DNA from: Phoronis australis
Taxonomy: Eukaryota > Animalia > Phoronida
DNA: 64,000 nt
Assembly (NCBI GenBank): GCA_002633005.1
Contig: NMRA01000061.1
Location: forward strand, 596,373-660,372
Reading direction: 5' to 3'
Below are positions 22,678-36,832 of the stretch, piece after piece. Made by a program: the position numbers and the translations under genes. The notes beneath the pieces were generated by a model. That model saw only the letters and a list, made by a program, of their open reading frames with translations, searched no databases and had not been told where the DNA came from. The first letter of the stretch is position 1. The number at the start of each line of letters is the position of its first letter.

Positions 22678-25600
22678 TAGACCAGGCCCTTAACCCGAAA
22701 ACGTTTACACCACGGATTAAAGCACCAAATTTGGCACACTTGGTACTTTTTAACATGCTGAATCTCATGGTGGTCGGTTGCCCAAATTTTGAGGTCAAGG
22801 TCAAATCTCGAAAAACAAAATGACCGCCAAGTAACACATCTTTGGTTGCTTAAGAGATGAACACACATTTTAAGGTTAGGTAATGGTACTTTCATAACTA
22901 GAAATCTATCAAAATGACATTGCAATATATTTTCCTCATAATATGAAAACACCTCATTTGCATAAATCCAATATGGCCGCCAAACTTTAACTAACGAACT
23001 GCAATTTTAACAAAAGCATCTATTTTGATTTGGTGCAAGACTAATAATACAAAAACAAATAGGTTCTCTTACCAAAAATGAACTAGATTTATCGTTAATT
23101 AGTACAGTTATTATGAAAATTCGGTTGATGTTGTGATAAAAAGGCCAATATACGCATAGAACTTGAGGGACCACCAAAAACTCAGAGATTAGCTTTGATA
23201 AATGACGTTAGTATGCTTATCTGTAATATCAACAGAATAGAACGGATTAATGTCAAATTGTCAAACGTAGCTCACAGAATTCAATTAACACTATCATCTG
23301 TTCCTCTGCGTCATAACAAACCATGTCACTGACATGTTCCCCGGCATTTGCAAAGTGATGTGCATGCTAAGGAATTGCATTCACATCACTAGCCGCATAG
23401 TTGTAAGCTCTTGCAAACACACTTAATGAGCTACTGACCAGCTTTGGAGACTTCAGGCATAGTGTCCAGCCAGGTGTCCATTGTTGGTCTGTGCCTCTCT
23501 GCCATCCAAACCCCTCTGGACTTGATTTCCCGTGGATTGGCAGCTGCCAGCTTGATACAAGCATTTGTTAACAATCTTTATCAGTAGAGATTGGGTAAGC
23601 AATACATTTGGCATGATCTGAACGTTTCGGCGGAAAGATCCTTTTGTAAAGTATTAACTTGGCTGGTTTTGGCTTTCGATCATAAACGAGACATGCATTT
23701 GTGTTGAACTCCTGACTGTCGATTTTGAGTTGCTGAAAGGAATTGACTGAGGGGCACGAGAATGCCCGAGTATCATCAGGGTAAGCTTTCCATGTCTCCC
23801 ATGCTGTTTTCTTCCCTTCTCCATAGAACTGGAACATTGTGTCCGACCTTGTTAAGGCATGGAACTGGTAGAGCTACACACAAATCGTACCCAAGCTGGT
23901 CAAACACGCTACTGACAAAGAGCTCCCGCGCGTTCGTTCCAGGTTTAACCACTACCCGTAATTGAATTGCTGGCTGCAAAGCCTTAAACTGGTCAAAATA
24001 CCAAGAAGAACGACCATCCACTGTAGTAACCAGTATTCTATGATTACCTTTGATGAAAGCGTCTGCAATGTACAAGCCCATACGGGTGTCCGACTCCTCA
24101 TGATCGCATGGTGTTATGTCAGAACCGGAGGAAAGAACAGACTGACCGTAGGTAACATATATCTTGTTCTGGAGGACAGGCGATTGCCAAGATATCTTCA
24201 GCTAACAGCACGAACAATTCCTCTTTATTCTTCGAGTTTTGAAAGAAATTCTGGAAGTTCAGAGACAATTGCATTTGGGGTGAAACTTTGGCAGGGTCAC
24301 CCGAACCTCTATCAGCTCTTGCGGTGACCTTCAAGCTGAATTCGGTGTAAGCATCTGCAAACACAATGTCAACTCTACTTACTATAGGTGGAAAGGTTAG
24401 AATGTGCCCACGTAGCAGTTTTCACCGAACTGTCCGAATGTCACTGATTCGTTTGGAGAAAAGCTGTGCACAATAGCTGGTCGACAAAAGACTTTGACAT
24501 CGACGGATTCAGGAACGTCTGGATGAGGAAATTCCAACATGTTGAGTAATTGTGACTTCTGTGAAGGTAAACGGAGACTGCCGTTTTGGTTCAGGGATGG
24601 TGGCCATGAATGATTCTCATGCATAAGAAAATCAACCATGTTAGCCTCTAGAAATTGATTAGCTACAAAAAGCTGACTAAGCTGCAGTCTTTCTTGATGT
24701 CATCCACGCGTTGCTGAGTCACTCTTTTTGCCTTACCGCTAGCTTTTTTGAAAACACCAAACTTGTTTTTTCTTGATAGGAGTCTTTATTGGTTGTGACT
24801 TTACAATTAAAACCGTTAGCTTAAAGTTGTCATATTGCTGTTTTTCAGTCACTTCGATAGTCTGAAGACTTGTATCGTCATAAGTTCATTACCATGGTCA
24901 AAGAAAGGCTTTCTCTTTGCTGAAGTTACATCTTACACCACACAAACTGTTCAATTAGTTTTTAAAGTTGTTCTGGAAGGATGTACTGTCTTTGTGGTAG
25001 CTTGTCTCCTCACTATTGTCTTCAAAACGCTTATATTGACAATCAAACTCAGTCACCAACCAGGCTAGCTCGCACCCAAACACAATTTACCCTGTCAAAG
25101 CATTTGGATTTTCAGTTAATCCAATAGCTCCATCACTGTCTTTGGCTAAGGCGTTATTTTGTTCATCCGCTTGGTCAATTGCAATAGCACAGAATCTTTG
25201 CTGTGTCTTTGAAAACATCCACTGTTTCTTAAGATGTTGTTGTACGTTAGCTGACATAGCTGTCATGTCTTGGATGTGGACAGGGACCCATCTTGCATAA
25301 TTTTGAAGGTCAAGAGCAAGGAAATAGAGCACAAGAAATTCAAGAACATCAATGTACAGCTACAAGTTGCCTTCACTATGAGCAAGGACGAACATCAAGA
25401 TCAGTAAAATAACATTTCAGAAATCAAATTTTGGAACTCTTGTTGGGTTATCACTTTTTCAGCCGGAGAAAGATGTTGGTCGAAAACTTCACCTTCATTT
25501 CCCACAATAAGAAATGGTTCTTCCTGAAGCTTTGCCAGAGATTTGCATGTCATGTTCAAGTCAAGTGCGAAACTTGAAGAAAGGAATCAGCTTTACCAAC

Positions 25601-27378
25601 TGTAGCCACTGAGGCCTCCAGCCAGAAGTAGGCAGTATGAATACGTCATAGTGACGTAACGGGAGCTGATATATCGTTCCAGCTCAGGTAACCAGCCGTC
25701 TTCCAAACAGTTCTAATAATTGTGCCTAAGGCTTGTTATTCGGAAAATGTACGTTATCTCAACTGATTTCAATAAAGTTTTAGAACAATCGGTTGTCGGT
25801 CAATTACAAGTGGTGAATCTGGAGTAGGGCATTCCTCAAACAACTTGGTCTTGGGTAGAAGGTACTGCGAAATTAAAGCATAATTTTTGTAGATATTATT
25901 TATCGGAATAGGGCTGTTGGAAAAATTAGTCTCTTGTGCCTTATTAAAAAAACTTTCATTGTATTTATGCGAATAGTGATTTAAACAGGAAATCCCTGCC
26001 CCTGTCTTCAAATGTGCTGAAGCCCACCAAAAGTCATAACGTGAAATATTCGTGATAGAATCTCAGGACTAGAAACTTGACACGCTTTTACCAGCGATTT
26101 CAATAGTTTATTACCCATTAGGGCTGTAGGGGCAATAAACATGAAAATTACACCAGGTCTGGCAATGGAACTTAACGCCATCAGGTAATGTGTAGTCGTG
26201 AAATCGCATGTTACTCAAAGGTTTGTGGTTTTCTTTGGAATTTCCACCGACTCGAAAATGAGGCATAGTTTTTTGGGTAGGTCTATCACGACCAAACGCG
26301 ATACGATTATTTCCAATCAGTTAAATCAATTTAGGATATTTTTACATACACAGTTACTCAAAAAAGTACATACCTAAATTCGAAAATCTCATTAAAAATA
26401 TTACAATAACAATGAACTGAAGGTCAACATTATGGAGTCTCAGAGCTCATGCCACCTGCTTGGGTACTGTTGTCTGGATGAGCAAGGGTCAGCTTCAGTT
26501 GTTACATAATATGTCAACACAAGCAATTGGATGGACACAAAGCTTAAAAACAGACATTCGTTTATAGGACATGTTCCTCAAGACTATTCATTATGCCTGG
26601 ACCTGTTTTAAAGTAAAGTGCAACAAGAACTTCACCTTTTTTGATACAACAAGTAAAACCTGACTTTTTTATTTCATTTTGCTGGAAAACCATAAATGAC
26701 ATAAATTACTTTAATTGGTTTGGTTTATGTCACAATCAAGTTCAAACTAAAATATAAACACATTTATTAACAAAGTTACCTTCATCTATGATCAAATTAA
26801 AAATGATGATAAAAGTTTCAGCAATTGTTCTTTGAAAATTTAGCAAGATGTCCGATTTCTTTTAATCATGGAAACGATTTGTTACATAATTAACCATCAA
26901 TATTTTTAAAAAATATCTAAAAATGAATTTTTGTTAAAGGTAAAACATTTTAGAGTTGATTTAATGCAAACTCATACTAGTTCGACAGTTTTTCTCAGCC
27001 AGAGAACACAACTAGACTTATTTTTCATTGAAAATGTATATGCTATATTAATTACAATAATTATCATCTGAAGTGTCTGGAAAATTACTTTTTTACTTTT
27101 AACTTGTTTTTACAAGTTATTAACATTAATTTTAAATCAAAATAAAGCCTCCTGCTTATCACCTGACACAGTAATTAAACAGGTATTTCGTGTGAAGCCA
27201 TTTTAAAAAATTACCCACATGACCTTTGACCTTGATTTGACCTTGACCTTGACCTCAAATTTCAGACAACCGACCCCCATGAGATTCAGCGTGTCCCAAA
27301 GTATCTGTGTAACAACTTTGGTGCTTTAATCCGGGGTGTAAATGTTTTGGGGTTTTTGGCTGCTAAGAGACCGGACTA
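22678..27378 (-). mobile_element. Academ-type DNA transposon, decayed
   Basis: TAGACC/GGACTA termini with a >100-bp imperfect TIR; minus-strand relics NYARWVPVHIQDM, DQADEQNN...GAIGLT, HENHSWPPSL, HEESDTR, FYGEGKKTAW (transposase and XPG-like nuclease motifs). Confidence 0.8.
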
Positions 27379-30308
27379 ACAAGCACATTCCAACGCAAAG
27401 ATACTCGTCTAGGAACACTTTGGAGCTTAATTCAGACAGACGCAGTCTCCCTTACCGGTACCGGATACATCGTATAACTCCCTATAGACAACCGGTAATC
27501 TCGTGAACTTGTCTTCGCTGATCAGGTGGTTTTTTCACTCTGGCTGTAAATGGATTGAAGATATGTCTTCTCTCTGCAAACTTTCTTGAATATAGGTTAA
27601 AAGGATATTAAACCCTGTTTTGGTGATTTCAACCAGTCCTCCTTCTGCCGCCTAATAATGCACCATTGGCGTCCCACGTGACAAGAGTCGGATAAAAGCA
27701 GGAGTCAACTTCTACATTCTTTGTCTTTGTGGTATTTGGTGGGTGGTATTTCCTTACAGTTCCGTGTAACTCGCCTGAAGCATAGGCCACGCTTTCCCGT
27801 TTAGCAGACTTTCTAAGGAATTTTCAAATTTGGTAGAAATATTTGATGGTTGTCGAGGATTACAGAGCATCATATCGTTTCAGAGGACTGGATGGGAACG
27901 TCATTTTTAATATCTGTTAATAGGCCGAAGCCGGGTTTGATATTCTTTCACATAAACTATTGAGACAAACTACACCTGAATACACGAGACGTTTTGGGAA
28001 AACTGTCTCATAACTCTGTAGAAGCAAAACGTCGAAATTCGGGAGGTTTTAGTCACCTGACAGATTGTATTGTTGTGGACTGCTTTACATGTGATAGACC
28101 GTACTGTTGGTCTGATCTAATCTACACTAATTTGAGACAAGGGTCTTAGAGTTACGTCATAGTTGAGTTGACCCCACCCCACTGCACCCATCACGGGCTT
28201 CCATAGCATGAAAGTGTATACTGGATCACTGACAACAATGATAGCACACTATCTCGCTTTGCGTAAGCACTCTTGAACAATGCACTTGACGTCATGCACC
28301 AGTAAGATTTATCCCGATGATGAGTTATAAGTGTTATGCACCCGGCCCCATACCTGGATTGAATTATGCGAAAATCAATCGAATAACCAGAACAGACCAT
28401 GCTTGTATTTAATCAACGCTCCGCCGCATTGTAAAATATATCACTGCAGAGAACCCCGTTGTAGGCCGCATTTTTGTCAGATTGGCATGAAATTTACAAA
28501 AAATCATGTGTCATGTCAATAACTTGAGAACGTTTGTATTTAATTGAAATCAGAATCGAGGTGTCGCTGTGGCGGGTATACGTTATTTTTTCTGTTTTAT
28601 ATAGCCATAGCTTAGGTGTCCTTAATTTTACGAATATTTCTGATACCTGGAATGTGAATAAATGTACACATACCACACACTCGTTATACCAATGCTGGGT
28701 TACTTTCCTGTGAAAGATATGGCTGGGTATCAGCCACTAGCAAGACATAGCCAAAATACGCGAGTTAGGTAATCCCGTTTGGTTTTAGTCGTTCTTTGAA
28801 CCGTGGTGTATAATTGCCAGCAAGTCGTGATGCCGAACAAGAGACAACGGGAAATCGTAACAATGGACTAGATCGACATCTGGATTTAGTCTCGATCTGG
28901 AAACCGCTGTGGTCTGCAGTTTAAACCAAACAGAAGTTTTCTGTAAGTTGGCTCCTGCTTTTTTAAACATGAGGCTGGTACTGAAATCAATAATTTTTTT
29001 TTCAGTAGAAAGTGAAATCATAAGAATCGCAACTTGTAGTGACAGGTCTGAAAACTATGCCCTTGACCATGTAAGACTCCATTGTGTTTTAACTCGTTTT
29101 CCTCAGAATGCAAGTAAAAAACTTTCTCGTCAAAATGTTAATTCTGAATGTAAAGCTTTTAATGTACTGGAAAACAGTTACTTGCTAAGTATTTAGATTT
29201 TGTCTTGTAAGAAAATTCTAATTTCGTTCATTGCCGAAGAGTACTTGAACTAAATAACTTCCACGGGCGCATTTTTTGTGTTTTTTTTTTGTTTTTTAAT
29301 TAAACAATGTTCGTGGCAGCATAGGTGCATTAATAAATGTCCTGTTTACCCCGCTATTATTGCTCGGCTTTATTACATTGTTGAAATTATGCCTATTTAG
29401 AGTGCAGAGGGCAAAACATACAAAATTTACCTGTCTATTGTTTCCTGATCGAGAGGAGTCCTTAGTGCTAGGATTGCTTGCAATTGTCAGTTGTCATTAC
29501 ACACATTGGACGATTTTCCAAATTTTGTTAAAAGATATTCATCGTGGTTTCCATAAATGCTAGCACTTTGGACATGTGGTGGCACTCGACAGTTTTTGCT
29601 AATTTTAAGCTTGAACAACCAGGTCTTGGCAGCTCCTGCAGTCTGTTCTTCATCTACAGTATACGGGACCAAAGACTACATAAACCTTACTCAAAGTCTG
29701 TTGCAGACACTAATTCTAAAATCAAATTCTACATCTTCCACGACAACCGGAAGTTCAGCCGACTACTTAAAACGCGACCAAAAATCAATCAAATCAGCAG
29801 TTTTCACCCCAAACCCATTTTTATGCGAAAACTAAGAACTGAGAGAAAGTTCATTCAGACTGCCAAAACTCTCCAGTTTACAGAAATGCGGTGAAAGGTG
29901 GGCGTCGACTAGCCAATTTTTTTACAAATCCAAAGTGTTTGAAGAATTCCCTGGTAAATTTCGACTTATCAGCTTTGAACAGAGCTCCGAAGCAATAAAT
30001 TCCGTTATTTGTTTTTTTAAATTTTACTGCATATCGTCAACCCCTGATGTTGTACAACAGACACTCGTTGAAATAAATGTCTGCGAATTAAACTGTGAAA
30101 TGCGCTTAAGTACTGGCTGGCCTGTAACTCAGACGGCAGATAGTTTGGAGCGGTGCGTGTGAGCTTCATGTTCGAATTTGCCTTTTCTCGCCTATAGTAA
30201 ATGTCACATTGAATGTAGAAAAATTATGAAATGCAAACATTACATATATGTGTGACTCAAATATCGTGGCAGCTCTCACTCGTTTGTGTACTATTAATGG
30301 TGTTACTG

Positions 30309-30693
30309 CAGTGGCGGATCTAGGATATCACAAGAGGGGGCCCAACCTTTTTTTCCGGCTGTAAGCATTTGCGTAAAATATGATTGTAGATGCGCATAGC
30401 ACCGAATGGGGAGAGGTCGAGAGGGGGTTTGCCAATGAAATTTTTCTGTTTTTTCCTCCAAAAATCAAGCATTTTCCTTGATTCCTGAAGTATTATCCAA
30501 GAAAAAATAACACGGAGAACGTATCACTGACACGTTCTCCGTGTTTTTTTTTTCATTTTTTTCTTGGATAATACTTCAGGAATCAAGGAAAATGCTTGAC
30601 TTTTAGAGGTAANAATTGTGGTTCACTTTGCGCAAATGCTTACAGCCGGACAAAATGTTGGGCCCCCCTTGTGATATCCTAGATCCGCCACTG
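30309..30693. mobile_element. ~385-bp foldback MITE (cagtggcggatc family)
   Basis: Long TIR cagtggcggatctaggatatcacaag... plus a near-perfect inner palindrome at 30460-30605; relatives at ~15478-15624, 33442-33741 and ~38058. Confidence 0.85.
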
Positions 30694-31460
30694 TTATCAA
30701 ACAGGAAAAGGTCACGACCTGGCGCGTGCTTTACCACTACACCACCACGACTTACTGCTAATCTCATACTAAGAGACCTACTTGTTTATGGTCCATAGCG
30801 TTTGCGCGTGAAACCTACATGTACTTCTTTTTGTAATGCTAATTACACGTTTTATATTTTGTGCAATCGGTTCTTAACAATTTTTTGTTGTATTTAAAAT
30901 AGTCTTCAAGTGCCCAAAAGACCAAATCCGTTTTTCGTGTTGGCAATAATGACGGGATTCCTTTGGAAATCGTCTTAAGTCAGTTTGACAAAGAGAGAAT
31001 TATGAGTTTCTGAGTGACTCACTAAGGCTTCGATTAAAATTCACATCTTACCAGCAGCTTTTGTTTTTTCATCGTCACTCTGGTTCCATTTTATTTAAAA
31101 AATGAAGTAAATTTTCTTCATTGCACAGTGGAGCAGACGACGGAAACGGAGTTATGCCACTAAATTATTTAATCATATTTCGTTAAAACGATATCACTCA
31201 TTTGTTATTAGCAAGCTATAAATGCTAGTAAAATGCATCCAAATATGTCTATTTCAGCGCCCTTTTTGTTGCAAAATGGAGGTATATGCCAGTTATCACA
31301 GATATAATGGATGAAAATTGTTAAAAAGCGAAAATTTGCTACATCTCACCAAACCAAACCCATGCGCTGAGTCTTAAAAAATCTGTGATTTTGGGTATAG
31401 ACTATACCTGTTTTTTATACGGAGTCACTCTTAAAGTTTTTCTCTGATTTTAAAGCAGTA

Positions 31461-31780
31461 TTTCGCCCCCTTTAGCTGCCTAAAAGGGAAATCGAATCAG
31501 GACTTTGACTCTCATAATGTCTCTGACTGTGACAGGAATCTATTTCCCATACCAACTCGAGTCACAGCCAACGAGTACATGCGCCAGTTTCGAATTCGTA
31601 ATTTTTAGGTTTGGCCAACCCCGATAAATTTTAAAGCATTTTTTGAGTTGCTGACAGTTTCGATGTTCTTGTTTGTAACGGACATAGCATCATATCGCGG
31701 CAAGGAGTATTATGAGACCTTTTCTATAAGAGTAAAAGGTCTAATTTCATTTTTGTTTTAGCTAGCTAAACGGGGCGAAA
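31461..31780. repeat. Short inverted repeat pair, probable MITE relic
   Basis: tttcgccccctttagctgcctaaa vs tttagctagctaaacggggcgaaa. Confidence 0.45.
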
Positions 31781-32249
31781 CTTTACAGCTATAATTAATT
31801 ACGCTGACAGCCAAAACTACAGAACAAGTAAACGAAAACACGAAATGTCGTTTTTAGTTTCAATGATTGCTCATGAAGAACAAATAACACATGTTGCAAA
31901 AAAAGCAATAAGTCGTATACGAAAAAGTGTGGTGTGTATACAGGGGTTTAGACAACTTCCAAATATTCAAAAGCATAAGGAGCACCGACGGGGCGTAAAA
32001 ACTTGAATATCAGGTGATCGCGTAACAGCAGCCTCAAGTTGTTGAACAACGAAGACCTATATTGTTAGTCCGGAAATAAACATGTGTTCTGTATCGTTAC
32101 GAGAAAAACTGGCGAACGATGGTGCTCTCAGCTCACAGTCTATTATTAAAAGCGACAATAAATAATTAAATATCACTTTATTAACATTAATCACGTTGAA
32201 AACAATTGAATAACGTCAAATGTATCAGGAAACAAATCATCTAAAAACA

Positions 32250-33170
32250 GTTTCACGAAACCAAAACATCCTGTGCACAGTCGTGGTGAAAAGATATACC
32301 GGACTAGGTTGCAGAGGGACCAGAACTGAGTACACTGAAACTCAACATCTACACAAATCAAGCTGTCCTAGTCCGTTGCGAGACCTAAAGTGTACTATGC
32401 AAAAAAAATTTGAATTGAAAACTTCTCTCTAGACACTTTTTAATCCCCAGTGGTTACTCATACGTTAGTTCTATCCTTCTGTTGTCTAGACTGCCGAAGA
32501 ATCTGATGGTTTGCTCCTCTTGGAACCATTCTACCCAGATATCTTCGATGTTTGTTCCCAACGCTTGCACTTCGTCAACTGCTGTGACAATGAGCTTGTA
32601 AGCCTCTACAATGTCAGCATCTCGTCGTTTCGCAGCTCAGTTGGCACTAAGACCCTTGAGGTTGCCAAATCCATTCAAAAGACTTACATGCGCAACTAAA
32701 TTTGATTCGTTCATCATGAACTATTTCAAACCTTGACGATGTATCCCAGCTAGGACCTATTTGCATCTCTTGTAATTTTTTAAATAAACGCCCCAATGTC
32801 TAAATGCTTAAAACCCGAAGTACTAACATCAAATAAATGCCCATGGGCATGAGCGTTTCATCGGGTGGGCCTTTTTGCGCAAATTCCCAGTATAGAAGAC
32901 CGCAGTGTGCTTATTGCAGGTAGAAAGACGGTAGGTGTTGAGGTCGGAACTAGGACTCCGTAGGAGGCTTATTGAACATCGCACGAGTCCCGCAAGACTT
33001 TGTTGTGAAAGAGCAACCTCTCCGCAATTTCTGTTACTGTACACTGTTCGTGAATGCGGTCATGTTTGTCAATGTGAGTGCCCCCTTGGTCATTCCTTGT
33101 ATAGACATAACTTGTTGGAGTGTATCTTCAAACGGACTCGCGACCAGACCACGGCGCCCGCCACAATAGC
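32250..33170 (-). pseudogene. Possible piggyBac transposase C-terminal relic
   Basis: Frameshifted pieces resembling YNxxMGGVD (VYTRNDQGG), MTAF...RLLFH and a terminal PRLCTGCF cysteine motif. Confidence 0.3.
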
Positions 33171-33441
33171 AATTCTTCGGAAAAAGATTTTTTTTTTCAA
33201 AAATATTACATCTACATGTACACTGCATGACATTGCGCAAGACAACTTTACTATACATCAGTTACAAACGTGAGGAGTATAATAGAATGACACGGCATGA
33301 CAGATGAGGTAAAAACGTTGCACGTCAATTCGCCTGAATATCAAGGTTGCGGCACCACAGTACTTCCCCTAATCAAATCAAAACATATCTTAGAGTAAAG
33401 AAGCTAATTACCTAAATAAATCAGCTATAGAACTGCTCTTT

Positions 33442-33741
33442 CAGCGGTGGATCCATCCAAAAATTGGCTACTTCAGAAGTGTCGACGGAAGCGCGCGCAC
33501 AATTGATCTCCGCGCGTTTTGCCGATGAGCCACGAAGACTCAGCAATTCACAATGAAAAAATAATATTTTCAGAGTGAACCCCTCAATTTTTTCCAAGTG
33601 GGTTTACTTGGGATTTACACACGCTAGCGGTGCCGTTTTTGTTTTGCTAGAGACGCGTTTGTTTTTTGTGTTTTTTTTTATTTTTGGGTCCTGGCCCAAG
33701 GGGGGGTTAAACCCCCTGAACCCCCCGTAGATCCGCCACTG
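33442..33741. mobile_element. MITE of the cagtggcggatc family
   Basis: cagcggtggatc...gatccgccactg ends with the typical G/C-run subterminal region. Confidence 0.55.
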
Positions 33742-35894
33742 TAAGTTGTTTTTGTAATGGAAGTCGGGTTCATTACCGCTTTAACTTTGAAAGAATTCGG
33801 GTATTGTCGCACAGATACACTCAAATTCTGCTTTCTAGAAAACATGACATCCAGTGCAACATAAAAAGCCTGGAATGCGAAAACTAGACGAAATTGCATT
33901 ATTCAAAATCGTTCTCTGCCACCGGACAATTCAACGTGTTCACCAGATATTGCCACTGTTTGCTCGTAAAGATACTGAATTTCTGTTGATGTCAAAGCAT
34001 TTTTCTTTTAGTTCCAAATTTCAAAAAACGATCTGTCAACTGCTCGTCACTTCGTACGTATCCTTATTTGGTATGGCAAGACATAAACGAAGCACATTTC
34101 CCTTAATATGTGACCTTTGACAAGCAGCAGCCCGATTAAGAGGCAGTAGATGTTTAAAATCGGTTACTAAGATACCGTAGCATTCAAATGTATTCTAAAA
34201 TACACTTGGGATCCTCTTTGGAAAATCTATTGCTGCACTGGCTTGCCTGATACAGTGAACTGTCCTGTCGAACTCAGATTGGGAGTGCGACCACACAAGA
34301 TAATCTGCCATTAATATCCTTCTTGTCCGTTAACTGTTTGTCGAATGTTTGAGAGCTCATGCCCGTATTTATCATAAGTGAAAGGAAGATTAGAAACTCC
34401 GTGGTGGCTACAGAGCTTTTCCTTCGCGCTTATGTCAAAAATCTTGAATTTTGTGATATTTCGTAAAAATTCCCTCACAATGGAAAGTGAATAACATTGC
34501 AGTAGACGTTGTGAGATGGTACTTTCTCCAGGAATTGATCAGAAGGTATTTTTGACGAGATTTCGCGTTCCGTGCCTCGACGTTCAGTCTAGGAACCAAT
34601 ATTGGTTCCTAGGTTCAGTAGAGCGAGTTTCTTACGAGTTTGGCGAGGTCACACGTAAACTTATGTGAATGAATGTCTTGTGTTTCGTGTGTAAGCTGGA
34701 GACGTTACTAGCTCAGACAAGTAAAATGAGGCTGCTACTACTGGAGGGGCTAGATGTCCCGAGATGGCGGTAAACATATACGCACGACCCTTAAAAACGT
34801 CACAGGCCTCCTAACCTGTCGAGTACTGAGATGGAGGCGAGCCCACTGAACTTGCGTTATGGAAAGTGTCCCAGATAAAGTGCGCCCATGCATTGTGAAG
34901 TGAACATTCTGTAACGATATTTTTTTGTCTTCTGTCTACTATTGTATCAGATGATGATATTTGATTAATGCCGAAACGTCGTTTTCTTACTGCACTCAGG
35001 CGTCGTTTTTGTTTTCTACTTCATACCCTCTTTCGCCGAATGTGATCTTGGTGAGTTCTCCCTTGCAATTGTATTATAGTGACTGAGAAATATCTGAACC
35101 AAGTAGGTTTCTGGTACGCTTCCTTCTTCGAAACCGACGATACTCTAATACTCTAATTGGAAGTTTGAGATTGGTTATTAATTATTATCATTGACTCGAA
35201 TTAATAAGCCATTCGCTCCTCCGCCGCGTCCGACAGCAATATGACGTGGTAGTGTCATTGCATGATGCCGTAGAAAAGAATAAATTTTGATGCAACCAAC
35301 AAAAATTATTATTTTTAGATTCTAATAATCACCTTCAAATCTATATAATTCTCGTAAACTCGAGTATATTGTCGAAATGTGAGGAGTGTTTTATTGGAGA
35401 TCAGGGATGAGGTCCGTAGACGCAAGAATCTCGTCAAAACGGAAACTAGTGCGATCGCTTGTTTCGCTTGTAATACATGGCGATATCTCGCTAAGACTTG
35501 CGGAGTGTTGCGTTTCCGAGAGGCCGCAACAGCGCAGTGCAAGCCGCGGTAGCCACTTTTAATCCCTAATACCCGGGGCTGGGCTCATTTAGTGGAGTTT
35601 CTTGCGAGGCGTATGTAATCACAACCCGTTTCGCAAGTAAAATTCGATGTGCATCATTTTTGAGACAAGTGACGCATGCATTCTAGCAACAAATGTAGAA
35701 TTGGTATTTGCTTTACAAACTATTGTTCTTTATGAAATGAGATAAAACTTTTGCATGATACATATATATTTTAACAACCAAAGCGGTGGGGTAATGTTAG
35801 TAGTGAGTCTGTGTTCAGATTGGCGCCCATCCGTGCACCGTGTGATTTTTGTAGACAATTGAGGTAGAGCACGTGTCTGAGTTTGTGACGGGTA

Positions 35895-36281
35895 CTACTG
35901 GTATGACGTTTCACCGTTTTTAGTTGTCAGTAAGCTCAGAACAATTTTCTCGAGTTCGAATACGTGATTATCGTGAGCATCCTCGCCAAGACTTCGCAAA
36001 CCATTTGCCAGTCCGAACAGGTATTCCGTATTGCGTCCACTGGGACCGACTGAGGTAGCGACTGTCTGCGCTATGTCGTCCAGTTTCGCAGGTCCCAGGT
36101 AACCATGGTTGTCGGTTGTGCCAGTATAGAGAAGCAAGTCGAGTGGCGCCATGTTTTCATTTTTTGGGTAAAATGTAGCTGGGTACGTAGAGTAGCCATG
36201 TTTTTCCCGGAAGTCCAAGTGTTCCTTCACCTTTTCGACATCCGCTTGGTGAATTTCGTAGGCAACACCCCACACTTTCTC
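35895..36281 (-). CDS. CHAC2: ChaC-family glutathione-specific gamma-glutamylcyclotransferase (CHAC2-like), exon 3
   Basis: tttcag acceptor; EKVWGVAY...HLDFREKHGY...YLGPA...GPSGRNTEYLF, then TAG. Confidence 0.93.
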   Translation of the reverse strand, partial: EKVWGVAYEIHQADVEKVKEHLDFREKHGYSTYPATFYPKNENMAPLDLLLYTGTTDNHGYLGPAKLDDIAQTVATSVGPSGRNTEYLFGLANGLRSLGEDAHDNHVFELEKIVLSLLTTKNGETSYQ

Positions 36282-36790
36282 CTGAAAGTAGGACAACAGG
36301 AATACATATAAACAAGCGGATGATTGACAGGTAATGCGGTTGCCTCTCACATTCACAGTGTTTCTATTGTGCGAAATTTTATCAGCGTCACAGTTCCGGT
36401 TTGAAAGTAGTTCTAGAAAATCGGCTGAAAACGTTCAAAGTACAATTCAGAGTATATGCCACGTTGACTATAAACGTCTCTTCAAAAAGATAACTTCCCC
36501 ATATAATGACAAGGGCGTAAACAGAAACAAAAATGAATGCTAGTTTTTGGGAGTTTTTCAATTTTTTCAACAGATCTCTGTTAATTTTTTCTTTTCTAAA
36601 AGTATAGAATAACTCGTCCACAACTTTTACTCAAAATACAAAAACTCTGAGTGCACAAAATGGCACAACATACTTAAACTGTCAAAACTTTTGTCAAAAT
36701 CAAATTTGTGACATGGTTTGTGCGTCGTATAAAAACTGACTAGCAAGACTCCTGAATGGCTGATACCATGACCTCAGACGATGTACTGAC

Positions 36791-36832
36791 CTCGGGATCT
36801 TCGGAAGGCAAAAGGATGACTACTCTTCCGGG
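36791..36832 (-). CDS. CHAC2: CHAC2-like exon 2 (42 bp)
   Basis: ttgcag|PGRVVILLPSEDPE|gtcagt, phase 0/0; supplies the conserved PGRVV motif. Confidence 0.9.

Noticed and set aside
27440-27530. Candidate Ly6 first exon with a gtaagg donor on the minus strand
   Set aside because: No hydrophobic signal peptide and the wrong phase; 18734-18776 fits exactly
33750-33920. Third Ly6 paralog, suggested by a short match (attaccgctttaa) to the Ly6 intron
   Set aside because: No signal exon, ECY exon or CCxxDxCN exon found nearby; the match is too short
34945-34985. Hammerhead ribozyme-like cagatgatg...ccgaaacgtcg
   Set aside because: The core CUGANGA is broken and no convincing stems are visible
35895-36356. 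153-aa stand-alone ORF (and 38172-38363)
   Set aside because: These are ChaC exons extended into introns
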